From contig CAWJQQ010000006.1 of NCBI GenBank assembly GCA_963845065.1, positions 352,001 to 416,000 of the forward strand: a DNA stretch of 64,000 bases, written 5' to 3'. The position numbers were made by a program, and so were the translations under genes. The notes under the pieces are model-generated. The model ran no database searches and was not told the origin of the DNA. It saw only the letters and a program-made list of their open reading frames with translations. Positions 31,934-41,750 of the stretch are shown here, one piece after another (position 1 is the first letter of the stretch; each line of letters begins with the position of its first letter). Source of the DNA: Nitrospirota bacterium (GTDB lineage: Bacteria; Nitrospirota; UBA9217).

Positions 31934-33884
31934 CCCATCTTCTACACCTGCCAAAAAATAACTTCGCTAAAACAACATGATAAGGGCATCGAAAAGTAGC
32001 GTGGCACCACACCCTGCCATATTATTCCAACTCGATTATGATGACGAGATTTCAGCACCATTTACCTTTTGTGGTATCACGACCTTTGGCGGAATCGCCA
32101 CTCCTGCAGCCTGAAACACCTTTCCCGTATCGCCTTTTAATTCGGTCCTTAAAATAACTTCCTTGCCGTCGCTTGTAATCGTGATCTGCTTCAGTTCCTC
32201 TAGGTCCCGGAGCATTTCGCCCCACTCAAGCTTCTGCTCATTGCGGCTATCCAATCGCTCCTGTAATTCCTTCATAAGGACAAGCGCAAGAAAACTACAG
32301 AAGACATGGCCCCGAATCGTCTCGTCGCATTTATGATAAATCGGGCGCGTCGTCAGCACCGTTTTGGTGCTCCTGAAGATCTGCTCCACCATCCACAACT
32401 CTTTGTACGCGAGCGCAACCTCGCGCGCAGGCATGGGCATTGATGTCGTGAGGACCCACTTACCGTCATACCGTGCTTCCTGTTGAACTTTTTCTTCATC
32501 GATGACAAAGGCACTGCTGAAGCTCTTCACATATTTACGATACCCTTTGTTGCCAACCAGGCTCTTGCCTCCCTGCTTCAGTTTCTCCCGAAGAGATGCG
32601 ATGATGGCTTCTCTATCGGCGGCATCTTTCTTCCGCTGGTCTTCGTTAACGCACACGATATAGCGGCGTTCGCCTACCATGACGTTCTTCACTTTGAGCG
32701 GGGATGGGGCTTTACTCTCCTTGCTTTTAGGATAGACCTCTTCGTATTTCCCTCCGCGGCTCAAAACCTCTTCACTCACTTCCTTCTGCCGCCGCATCCT
32801 CGCTCCCAGAATGTAATCGATCTTTCGCTCATGCAAGTCGGACAGGGTCTTTTCGCTGATCATTCCCCGGTCTGCCACTATGCACGCCTGATTGATGCCG
32901 AAGCGGAGCCTCAGCCGGTCTATGATCGGCACGAGCGTCTTGACATCGGTTGTGTTTCCGGGCCACAACTCGCAACAAAGAGGTTTCCCGTGATGATCGA
33001 TGATTGCGCCGACCACCATCTGCTTGAGATCGGGCCGGTGGTCCTTGGAATGACCGTATGCGCCTATATCCTCGCCGCCCTCTCCTTCAAAGTAAATGCT
33101 CGTGGTGTCGAAAAAGACCAGCCGTAGATCGGCGAATAAATCTCGCCTGCGTCGGAATAGCTCTTCTTCGATCACATCCTTGGTGCAACGGGGAGAAAAT
33201 CCGGTGGCCCCTTCCTGATCAGCATTGGAAAGGGGTTCGCCGAGCCATGCCATGGCCCGGTATAAATGGTGCAAATCGATTCCAGCGGTTCCTTCTATCC
33301 GGTAGCCAAGGCACCATTGTTCAGCGGCACGATCTGAACCCGATACGCTCAAACGGTGCAGCACCGTAAGATAAATCGCCCGCTCGATGGAAAATTGATG
33401 TTTGCGCTCCCTGGCTGATGCCTCAAGCACTTTCTGTATTCCCAGCTCTTTCCATAACCGGCCGAATATCATCGGCAGGCCGATGCGCCTGGAATCCGTT
33501 TCAATCGCTTCTCCCTGTTTATGTGCGTCGATGACCGCGATCTGGTCGGAAAACTTGAGCCCAGACCGCAGCAAGCTATCAAATGCTCCTGTTTCCTTGA
33601 GCGCATCGAGCCGTCCAAGCGTGGCGATGACTTCCTGCTTCACCTTGCCTTGGTCGCGGCGGTTATGAACGATCTGAAGGTATTCTCGTGATTCGGAGCG
33701 TTTTACCCTGAAGAACATAGCACCACAAATATATCATAATAATTATTAATTGCAAGTTATTTTTATATTAACGTGGCACTACATTTTGACCTGTTTTCCA
33801 AAAACGTTTTTTGTAACCCTGTGAAATTAAACAACTCCACTCGCGCAAACAGTCCTTTTCTCGGCGGCAACTGTAGAAGATGGG
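31934..33884 (-). mobile_element. IS1634-family insertion sequence, intact
   Basis: 13-bp TIR CCCATCTTCTACA / TGTAGAAGATGGG; 5-bp TSD TTAAA (31929-31933, 33885-33889). Confidence 0.92.
32036..33718 (-). CDS. IS1634-family transposase
   Basis: FFDTTSIYFEG, GHSKDHRPDLKQ, VADRGM, YKELWMVEQIFR..RPIYH..IRGHVFCSFLAL. Confidence 0.93.
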   Translation of the reverse strand: MFFRVKRSESREYLQIVHNRRDQGKVKQEVIATLGRLDALKETGAFDSLLRSGLKFSDQIAVIDAHKQGEAIETDSRRIGLPMIFGRLWKELGIQKVLEASARERKHQFSIERAIYLTVLHRLSVSGSDRAAEQWCLGYRIEGTAGIDLHHLYRAMAWLGEPLSNADQEGATGFSPRCTKDVIEEELFRRRRDLFADLRLVFFDTTSIYFEGEGGEDIGAYGHSKDHRPDLKQMVVGAIIDHHGKPLCCELWPGNTTDVKTLVPIIDRLRLRFGINQACIVADRGMISEKTLSDLHERKIDYILGARMRRQKEVSEEVLSRGGKYEEVYPKSKESKAPSPLKVKNVMVGERRYIVCVNEDQRKKDAADREAIIASLREKLKQGGKSLVGNKGYRKYVKSFSSAFVIDEEKVQQEARYDGKWVLTTSMPMPAREVALAYKELWMVEQIFRSTKTVLTTRPIYHKCDETIRGHVFCSFLALVLMKELQERLDSRNEQKLEWGEMLRDLEELKQITITSDGKEVILRTELKGDTGKVFQAAGVAIPPKVVIPQKVNGAEISSS

Positions 33885-34049
33885 TTAAAGGGCTGCTTGA
33901 ATTTTATGTAAGTTCTGGATGACCAACCCTCCCGATCTCGCGTATTTGATTTTCGTCTGCACTAGCCCGTTATCACTGAAAAATGCATGCCTCCTCTCAT
34001 CTTTGAAAAAATACTTTGCAAGGAATGCGGAATTTAGATCGCGCTGTGT

Positions 34050-34303
34050 GGTTACTCTTATCAACTTCGGCATTTTACCGCTCACCTTTGAGAATGAGGC
34101 TGATTATGATTCAATCGGTGTAAATGACAAGATAGAGGGATATCAAAATGAGGCTTTCGAAGGGTGCGGATCTGGTTCTCAAGAATATTAAGAATATGAC
34201 AACTGGAAAAACAGCGAAACTCAAATATCCTTTGAGTACGCGGCAACAGAATATTATTCTAGCCGGTGGCATGCTGCACTACACTCGATCACATTCTATT
34301 TAG
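34050..34303 (+). pseudogene. Aconitase C-terminal (swivel) domain fragment
   Basis: LINFGILPLTFENEADYDSI, frameshift, KNMTTGKTAKLKYPLSTRQQNIILAGGMLHY. Confidence 0.7.
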
Positions 34304-34408
34304 TCGTTCCGACTGAAGGAACATTCTCCTTAAAAAGCTTCACCTATCCATGTGTGGCTTTTTTATTTCTTTTTTTCAGCTGCAGGCCTATGCCTATTAT
34401 CCCGTTGA

Positions 34409-35434
34409 TTAAAGCTTTACATCCCGCAAATACTTTGCTGACATTTCTGGTGGAGTAGAATTGATGTAGAAACCTGAGCCCCACTCATACCCGGCCACGC
34501 GCGTAATTCGGGGCATGATTTCGAGGTGCCAGTGGAAATCGTCGTTTAATGTGTGCCAATGCCCGCGGCGTTGTACGCGGTTCGGCGCCGTGTAGAGCAT
34601 GAAATTATATGGCGGATGATTCAGAACTTTATCGAGCCTCTGCAATGTATGCCTGAGCGTTCTGGAAAAATCCATAATCTCCTCTTTCCCAACATCGACA
34701 TAGGAGCACAGATGCTTTTTTGGGTAGACCCATATCTCAAAAGGGAAACGGGGCGCAAAGGGGGCCATAACTACGAAATGGCGCGTCTCTTCGATCATGC
34801 GCTCCGACGCTTGAAGTTCCTGACGGATGATGTCGCAGAAGATGCACCGCTCCTTATAATCGTAATAAGATTTGGCACCTTCTAGCTTTTCCTTCACGAA
34901 CTTGGGAATGACTGGCGTAGCGATTATCTGGGAATGGGCATGGTTCAGGGCCGATCCGGCAGTCCAGCCCTGATTTTTGAAAACCAGAACGTATCTGAGA
35001 CGGCTGTCCCTTTCGAGATCGAGAATACGGTCGCGATAGGCCCAGAGGACTTTTTCAACCTGGCTTTCGGGAAGGTCTTCTATCCGAATTGCATGCTCTG
35101 GACATTCAATGATGATCTCGTGGGCACCGATGCCGTTCATCCAGTCATAGATACCGCTCCCTTCGCGTTCCATGCTACCCTCAATGTGGAGCACAGGGAA
35201 CTTACTTGGAACGACGCGCACCCACCAACCTTCGGTATTCGGTAGCGTCTTCTCAGGCCTGAAGGAAGCGAGCTCCGGAGGAGTTTTGGATTCATTGCCG
35301 CCGCAAAACGGGCACTCCGTTGAGCTTACATCGTCTGCAGGCTCTTCAAAGATATATTCTTCGGGTTTTTTGGGACGCTCTGTGGATACAATGATCCAGC
35401 GGCCGACAATAGGGTCCTTGCGTAGGCGTGACAT
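34409..35434 (-). CDS. galT: Galactose-1-phosphate uridylyltransferase (GalT family)
   Basis: LRKDPIVGRW..RPKKP, CPFCGGNE, GAHEIIIE, HAHSQ catalytic motif, CIFCDII, HWHLEI. Confidence 0.9.
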   Translation of the reverse strand: MSRLRKDPIVGRWIIVSTERPKKPEEYIFEEPADDVSSTECPFCGGNESKTPPELASFRPEKTLPNTEGWWVRVVPSKFPVLHIEGSMEREGSGIYDWMNGIGAHEIIIECPEHAIRIEDLPESQVEKVLWAYRDRILDLERDSRLRYVLVFKNQGWTAGSALNHAHSQIIATPVIPKFVKEKLEGAKSYYDYKERCIFCDIIRQELQASERMIEETRHFVVMAPFAPRFPFEIWVYPKKHLCSYVDVGKEEIMDFSRTLRHTLQRLDKVLNHPPYNFMLYTAPNRVQRRGHWHTLNDDFHWHLEIMPRITRVAGYEWGSGFYINSTPPEMSAKYLRDVKL

Positions 35435-35811
35435 CAGTTGCCTGACCTCGCCTTCTGCTCAGTCAGTACCTTATGAACGATCCGTTTCAATTCTTTAATG
35501 CGAATAGGCTTGTTAATATATTCAGCTGCTCCGAGGCTCATAGCCTTAAGATAACTTTCAACTTCACCATATGCCGTCACCATAATCACATCGGTTTTGG
35601 ACCCCATCTGCCGGATCTCCTGAAGAAGCTGAAGCCCATCCATGACCGGCATTTTGATGTCTGTGATCACGAGATTGAAGGGCTGATTCTTGAACAAGGT
35701 CAGTGCATCCTCTCCGCTGTTGGCGAGGGCAACCTCATATCCTTCATCCGTCAGGATGGTATTGAACAATTCCCGGGCGCCCTCTTCATCATCAACAACA
35801 AGAATATTCAT
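35434..35811 (-). CDS. Single-domain response regulator (receiver)
   Basis: ILVVDDE, ITDIKMPVMDG, VTAYG, YINKP. Confidence 0.9.
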   Translation of the reverse strand: MNILVVDDEEGARELFNTILTDEGYEVALANSGEDALTLFKNQPFNLVITDIKMPVMDGLQLLQEIRQMGSKTDVIMVTAYGEVESYLKAMSLGAAEYINKPIRIKELKRIVHKVLTEQKARSGN

Positions 35812-35939
35812 CTATTCTCCTTACAAGCGGTTGTAAAGGAAAAATATCATAAAAATGTGGAATCGTCAAGGTAACGGGATGGATAGATTTTTAGCAGCGA
35901 TTAGGCTATTGGTGAGCATCGGACTTTGTCGTTGAAAAA

Positions 35940-36704
35940 TCAACGGTTTATTTCGTATAGTAATCGTAGGCCCTCAAGCGTCAACTGAGGTTTTATCTGC
36001 CATATGCTCCTCGTTTCCTGCGAGACAAGTTCTGCCAAACCGCCCGTTGCCACAACCTTGGCATGGTCGGACAGCTCCTTCTTCATCCGTTCCACGATGC
36101 CATCAACAAGACCAGCGTAACCATAGATAATACCCGCCTGCATTGCGCTGATGGTATCTGTGCCTATCACATTTGCTGGTTTTGTTAGTTCAACTCGCGG
36201 TAACTTCGAGGCACGCTGAAACAATGCCTCCGCAGAAATTTTTATGCCGGGACAAATCGCCCCGCCCAGATATTCGCCGCTCTCTGTTACTGCACAAAAC
36301 GTAGTCGCCGTGCCGAAGTCAACGATAATGAGCGGGCCGCCATATTGCTGATAGGCTGCAGCTGCATTCACGATGCGGTCTGCACCGACCTCCTTTGGGT
36401 TGTCATACCGGATCGTAATACCCGTCTTGAGTTTGTGTGTTACGACCATGGGCTCGATCTGAAAATATTTCCGTGACATCTCCGTCATCACAGGCAATAG
36501 TGGCGGTACTACGGTTGAGATGATCACTCCAGCAATCTGTTTAAAATCGAGCTTGGCAAAATTGAAGAGGTCCTTGAAGATCATCGCGTATTCATCGGGC
36601 GTGATCTGCGTGTTGGTACCCACGCGCCAATTCTCGACGAGCATATCCCCGTCAAATACGCCAAGTACCACGTTCGTGTTTCCGATATCGATGGCTAAAA
36701 GCAT
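35940..36704 (-). CDS. coaX: Type III pantothenate kinase
   Basis: AIDIGNTN, GADRIVN, IVDFGTATT, GGAICPG, ATGGLA. Confidence 0.96.
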   Translation of the reverse strand: MLLAIDIGNTNVVLGVFDGDMLVENWRVGTNTQITPDEYAMIFKDLFNFAKLDFKQIAGVIISTVVPPLLPVMTEMSRKYFQIEPMVVTHKLKTGITIRYDNPKEVGADRIVNAAAAYQQYGGPLIIVDFGTATTFCAVTESGEYLGGAICPGIKISAEALFQRASKLPRVELTKPANVIGTDTISAMQAGIIYGYAGLVDGIVERMKKELSDHAKVVATGGLAELVSQETRSIWQIKPQLTLEGLRLLYEINR

Positions 36705-36808
36705 TTACCCTCCAGAGAAAAAGGTCGCACGATGAGATTAGTACAAGATCTCACGTATAGAGCAATCGTGTTCCAATACTTCCAGACTGCTGGGTGCTGA
36801 ATTCTGTC

Positions 36809-37780
36809 CTATCTTTTCAATATCGTCACATCGCCCGCAGCGACAGTCCTTGTTGTACCGTCGTCAAGAATAACAATGAGCCGACCCTCAGTATCCAGTC
36901 CCTGTGCTGAACCTTCGAGCACTTCGCCTGCACCGCTCACCGCAATGCGATTTCCTATGGTCATGTTGAGCTTTTCCCATGCCTTCAGTACGTCAACTGG
37001 ATCATGAAGGAGCACTTGGTACCAGCGGTCAAGTTCCTTAAAGATTGCCTGTAGGAGAGCGGTCCTGTTTATCTTCTCTCTTGTTTCCGCCATGAGAGAA
37101 GTCGTAATCGTTCGTATGTCGGTAGGTAACACATCGAGATCCATATTCACATCCACGCCAATGCCGAGCACGATGTGCCTGATACGGTCCTGCTCTGCGC
37201 TCATCTCGGTAAGTAGACCGCATACCTTTTTGCCCGAAAGAAGAATATCATTCGGCCACTTGATTACAGCGTGAACATGGCATACGTTTCTGATTGCACA
37301 GGCTACGACAACAGCCCCCATCAGAGTGATGAGCGGCGCCTTGTACAGTGGGATATCCGGACGCAGGATGACACTAAAATACAGATTGCCTTTCGGCGAT
37401 ATCCATTTCCTGCCAAGCCTACCCTTGCCGCTGGTCTGTGTCTCGGCAATAACGACAGTGCCTTCGTGCGCGTTGTCCATTGCCATCTCTATGGCACGCG
37501 TATTTGTTGAAGAAATCTCTGGATATATATAGATCTCTTTTCCGATCACTTTTGTTTTTAGTCCTGCCTTGATCTCGCTCTGCCGCAGGATGTCAGGCTC
37601 GGAAATAATGCGGTAGCCCTGCGACGGCACTGCGTCGATACCAAACCCGTCGCGTTTCAGCGACTTGATATGTTTCCACACCATGGTGCGTGAGACACCG
37701 ATCTTTCGCGCGAGTTCTTCACCGGATAAGAACCCTGAACGTGATGCAAGAAGGATGTTCAATATTTTTTCTTTATACAT
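36809..37780 (-). CDS. birA: Bifunctional biotin--[ACC] ligase / biotin repressor
   Basis: N-terminal HTH SGEELARKIGVSRTMVWKHI, QTSGKGRLGRKW, KWPND, KVCGLL. Confidence 0.96.
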   Translation of the reverse strand: MYKEKILNILLASRSGFLSGEELARKIGVSRTMVWKHIKSLKRDGFGIDAVPSQGYRIISEPDILRQSEIKAGLKTKVIGKEIYIYPEISSTNTRAIEMAMDNAHEGTVVIAETQTSGKGRLGRKWISPKGNLYFSVILRPDIPLYKAPLITLMGAVVVACAIRNVCHVHAVIKWPNDILLSGKKVCGLLTEMSAEQDRIRHIVLGIGVDVNMDLDVLPTDIRTITTSLMAETREKINRTALLQAIFKELDRWYQVLLHDPVDVLKAWEKLNMTIGNRIAVSGAGEVLEGSAQGLDTEGRLIVILDDGTTRTVAAGDVTILKR

Positions 37781-37869
37781 AAAATCAGGGCAAGAACCAA
37801 GTAGCGGAGTCTAATGCCCGGGGTCGGCAAATTCTTTACTGGCCCCCGAACTCAAGATCTAGAACCCCG

Positions 37870-38697
37870 TTATTTTATTTTCATGCTGATATCGGCGGCA
37901 GGAGCGGAATGGGTGAGACTTCCCGAGGAGATGAAGTCAACGCCAGTCTCCGCAACCGCGCGAATAGTTTCGAGTGTAATGTTGCCAGACGCCTCAATAA
38001 AAGCCTTACCTGCGATGAGTCTCACTGCTTTGTACATCATATCTATAGACATATTATCAAGCATAACAATGTCAGCCTGTGCAGCTATCGCCTCGCGAAC
38101 ATCATCAAGAGTTTTCGTCTCCACTTCTATCTTAAGTAGATGATGGGCCAACCTCCTTGTGCTTTCAACGGCTTTCGTTATGCTGCCTGATGCCTTGATA
38201 TGGTTGTCCTTAATCAGCACCCCGTCATAAAGACCGAATCGATGATTTTTTCCTCCACCTACACGCACTGCATATTTCTCGAGCTGCCGCAGGCCCGGAA
38301 GTGTTTTTCTTGTGTCCAGCACCTCGACTTTCAGGCCCTTCACCCTTTCGACATATGTTGCCGTCAATGTCGCAATACCGGACAGATGCTGGAGAAGGTT
38401 CAGAGCCACGCGCTCGCCTGCAAGCAATGCCTGCGTGTTCCCAGACAGTTTCGCGATCTCCGTCCCGGCGTTCATCGTATCGCCATCCTTAACATCGGTT
38501 GTAAATTGGATATTGGGATCAAGGTGATAAAAGACAGCTCTGGCAACACCGAGACCGGCAAGTATAAGGTTCTGCTTGGCCAGCATCACGGCTATAGACA
38601 CGGATTCTGGGTGGATAGTTGCCTCGGAGGTTACATCACGAGGGCCGAGGTCTTCCTCCAATGCAAGCGCTAAAAGTTTTTTTAAAGTATGATCCAT
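37870..38697 (-). CDS. nadC: Quinolinate phosphoribosyltransferase (nicotinate-nucleotide diphosphorylase)
   Basis: ERVALNLLQHLSGIAT, DTRKTLPG, NHRFGLYD..LIKDNH, MLDN, EASG. Confidence 0.96.
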   Translation of the reverse strand: MDHTLKKLLALALEEDLGPRDVTSEATIHPESVSIAVMLAKQNLILAGLGVARAVFYHLDPNIQFTTDVKDGDTMNAGTEIAKLSGNTQALLAGERVALNLLQHLSGIATLTATYVERVKGLKVEVLDTRKTLPGLRQLEKYAVRVGGGKNHRFGLYDGVLIKDNHIKASGSITKAVESTRRLAHHLLKIEVETKTLDDVREAIAAQADIVMLDNMSIDMMYKAVRLIAGKAFIEASGNITLETIRAVAETGVDFISSGSLTHSAPAADISMKIK

Positions 38698-38713
38698 GAT
38701 CGATGAAATTCGT

Positions 38714-41431
38714 TTATCTCAGCATCTTCAGGCTCTGTTCAAGCTTCTCTCGTTTCACTTTAAATTCTTCAAGCTTCGCGGTATCCTTTTCCACGACTTC
38801 CTTCGGTGCTTTATCGACGAAGTTCTTGTTCGAAAGCTTCTTTGAAAATACCTCTATATCCTTTGAGGTCTTTGCGATCTCTTTCTGCAACCGGTCGAAC
38901 TCCTGCGTAAGGTCGATAATACCTTCTAGCGGAATATACACTTCTGCCCCTTTTATCACGCCCATTGCCGATGCTTTTGGCTTTTTTTCGTTAACGCCGA
39001 CCCGAAGTTCTAGAAGATGGGCCAACGTCTTCACATACCCTGCGCTCTTTTCGATATGCTCTGCGAGTTCACTGTTTTCGACTTTCACGATTACTTGTAT
39101 CTGCATCGACGGTGCGATGTTCATCTCGCCCCGGATATTCCTGATTGTCAGGATCAGGTCCATGATCAATTGCATATCTCGCTCGATCTCTGCATTGATC
39201 AGGTAACCATCGGCAACAGGATATCCTGCAACCATGATCGAGCCCACCTGGCCCTTGATCACTCGACCCTGGACTCTGACCGTTTCCGGAAGAGTCTGCC
39301 ATATCTCCTCGGTGATGAACGGCATGATAGGGTGTAAAAGCCTAAGCGCCGTTTCGAGGACGTGGGCAAGCAGGGTCTGTGTCGCCTTGCGCTTTGGCGA
39401 TCCCCTGTCCAAATATAATGCCGGCTTAGACAACTCCAGATACCAGTCGCAGTATTCGTGCCATATAAAATGATAGAGCGCCGAGGCAGCGTCATTAAAC
39501 CGGTAGTCTGTCAGCGCCGTCTGAACTTCTTTGGTGACCGAGTTTAGGCGCGAGAGGATCCACAGATCGGACAGAGAGGTCCCGTTGGTGATAAGCTCAG
39601 CATTCGGTGCGAAGTTTTCTTCTAAATTCATCATCACGAACCTGCTCGCGTTCCATATCTTGTTCGCAAAATTCCTGTAACCCTCGATGCGCTCCGTGGA
39701 CATCTTGATGTCCCTTCCCTGAGCTGCAAAAACGGTGAGCGTGAACCGGAAGGCGTCGGTCCCGTACTGGTCGATCATTACTAGGGGGTCGATCACGTTT
39801 CCCTTCGATTTGCTCATCTTTTGACCTTCTGCATCGCGCACGAGCGCATGGATATACACATCGTAGAACGGGACATCTTTCATAAAGTGAAGTCCCATCA
39901 TAATCATTCGCGCCACCCAAAAGAAGATAATATCGAAGCTCGTGATCAACACCGATGTGGGGTAGTAAACAGATAGCTCCTGGGTTTTATCAGGCCAGCC
40001 GAGCGTGGAAAATGGCCAAAGCGCTGACGAGAACCAAGTATCAAGTACATCTGTTTCCTGGTGTATTTTTTTGCTTCCGCATTTGCTGCATAGCACCGCA
40101 TCGGTTCGGCTAACCGTAATGGCCCCGCAGTCGTCGCAGTACCATGCCGGGATGCGGTGGCCCCACCATATTTGGCGCGATATGCACCAGTCTTTGATGT
40201 TGCGCATCCACTCGAAATATGTGTTTTCCCAGCCTTTAGGAATGATCCGGATATTGCCGTCTTCGACGACTTTGATCGCAGGCTCGGCAAGCGGCGCGGT
40301 TTTCACGAACCATTGGGGAGAAAGATAGGGTTCCACGACGGACCTGCATCGGTAGCATTTGCCGATGGCGTGTGTGTGGTCATCCGTCTTGATGAGAAAA
40401 CCACGCGCCTGGAGCAACTCCACGACCATACCGCGCGCCTTCTTTGCCGGTTTGCCAGCAATCTGTTTCAATACCTCGGAAAAAACATCCGGGATATCGG
40501 GAAGGATCTCGGCCTTATCATCGAGTATTTTGACTCGCGGGAGGTTCGGGATCTGACGCAAGCCCGCCTCGTAATCATTAAAATCGTGGGCAGGCGTGAC
40601 TTTTACAGCGCCGGTGCCGAATTCGAGGTCAACGAGAATCGAGTCGCCGATGACAGGGATCTGCCGTGTGGTCAGCGGTAGGTCAATGGTCTTGCCGATG
40701 AGGCCCTTATATCGTGGATCGAGAGGATGCACGGCAACCGCCGTATCGCCAAACATGGTTTCAGGTCGCGTAGTTGCAACAGTAAGGCGAATGTTGTGGT
40801 CATGATTTAAGGGATATGCAATATGATAGAGTTTACTTTTCTCGTCCTCATGCTCAACCTCAATGTCCGAAAGCGCAGTGTGGCATCTCGGGCACCAGTT
40901 TATCAGACGCTCACCGCGGTAGATAAGCTCTTCTTCATACAATGTAACAAAAACCTCGCGCACTGCGCGCGAGAGACCTTCATCCATAGTGAAACGCTCT
41001 CGCTCCCAATCGCAGGATGCGCCCATGCGTTTCAACTGATTGATGATCCTACTGCCATATTCTTTCTTCCACTCCCATACCTTTTCGATGAACTTCTCTC
41101 GGCCCAGTACATGGCGGTCTACGTTTTCCTTGGCGAGCTGGCGCTCGACCACGTTCTGCGTCGCGATGCCAGCATGGTCCGTGCCCGGTATCCAAAGCGT
41201 GTTTCTGCCAGACATGCGCATCCACCGTACGAGGATGTCTTGGAGCGTAGAGTTCAGCGCATGTCCAATGTGCAGCGATCCAGTCACGTTTGGAGGCGGT
41301 ATCACAATAGAAAACGGACTGCCCACTGCGTCCTCGTTTGTGTGAAAATATTTTTTTTCAAGCCAGAAATCGTACCACTTCTGTTCTACAGATTTCGGAT
41401 CATAGGATTTTGATAGTTCTTTGGTGGACAT
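38714..41431 (-). CDS. valS: Valine--tRNA ligase
   Basis: PPPNVTGSLHIGH, DWCISRQIWWGH, DVLDTWFSS, KMSKS, C-terminal coiled coil. Confidence 0.98.
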   Translation of the reverse strand: MSTKELSKSYDPKSVEQKWYDFWLEKKYFHTNEDAVGSPFSIVIPPPNVTGSLHIGHALNSTLQDILVRWMRMSGRNTLWIPGTDHAGIATQNVVERQLAKENVDRHVLGREKFIEKVWEWKKEYGSRIINQLKRMGASCDWERERFTMDEGLSRAVREVFVTLYEEELIYRGERLINWCPRCHTALSDIEVEHEDEKSKLYHIAYPLNHDHNIRLTVATTRPETMFGDTAVAVHPLDPRYKGLIGKTIDLPLTTRQIPVIGDSILVDLEFGTGAVKVTPAHDFNDYEAGLRQIPNLPRVKILDDKAEILPDIPDVFSEVLKQIAGKPAKKARGMVVELLQARGFLIKTDDHTHAIGKCYRCRSVVEPYLSPQWFVKTAPLAEPAIKVVEDGNIRIIPKGWENTYFEWMRNIKDWCISRQIWWGHRIPAWYCDDCGAITVSRTDAVLCSKCGSKKIHQETDVLDTWFSSALWPFSTLGWPDKTQELSVYYPTSVLITSFDIIFFWVARMIMMGLHFMKDVPFYDVYIHALVRDAEGQKMSKSKGNVIDPLVMIDQYGTDAFRFTLTVFAAQGRDIKMSTERIEGYRNFANKIWNASRFVMMNLEENFAPNAELITNGTSLSDLWILSRLNSVTKEVQTALTDYRFNDAASALYHFIWHEYCDWYLELSKPALYLDRGSPKRKATQTLLAHVLETALRLLHPIMPFITEEIWQTLPETVRVQGRVIKGQVGSIMVAGYPVADGYLINAEIERDMQLIMDLILTIRNIRGEMNIAPSMQIQVIVKVENSELAEHIEKSAGYVKTLAHLLELRVGVNEKKPKASAMGVIKGAEVYIPLEGIIDLTQEFDRLQKEIAKTSKDIEVFSKKLSNKNFVDKAPKEVVEKDTAKLEEFKVKREKLEQSLKMLR

Positions 41432-41674
41432 GCATGCTGCTCCTTATTTTGAAAGCATGTTCATCGCACAGGTCAGTGGAAAAAGTGACCCGATACTAGA
41501 ACATGTCCTTCTGCTTCTTCGATAGAAAAGCAAGCTCTCTTCACTCGTTTACACATGTGGGGTATTAAACCTCAGCGGCGATAAAGGGAATGATTAACAC
41601 CCCCCTTGGAGCCTCTACCACAAGATTCCACGTAATAAAACTACGATGCAAAACTTCAGTGGTGGTCAATGTGA

Positions 41675-41701
41675 ATAAAAAATAGGGGAACGAGTCCCCT
41701 A
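41675..41701 (-). terminator. Rho-independent terminator after the romR-like gene
   Basis: Minus strand TAGGGGA-CTCGT-TCCCCTA followed by TTTTTTAT. Confidence 0.7.
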
Positions 41702-41750
41702 CTGAGGTATGATCTTCTATCTGAAGTATGCCCGGATGTCCGGGATACTA

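Noticed and set aside
31703..31954. N-terminal extension of the ferritin-like ORF in the track
   Set aside because: It starts inside the IS1634 end; a strong RBS supports ATG 31702
26067..34400. tRNA-Leu as an attachment site of a genomic island
   Set aside because: No integrase and no duplicated tRNA 3' end noticed; flanking genes are ordinary chromosomal genes
41432..41680. T-box or attenuator upstream of valS
   Set aside because: No T-box AAGGTGGCACCGCG-like motif seen; such leaders are uncommon in Gram-negative bacteria
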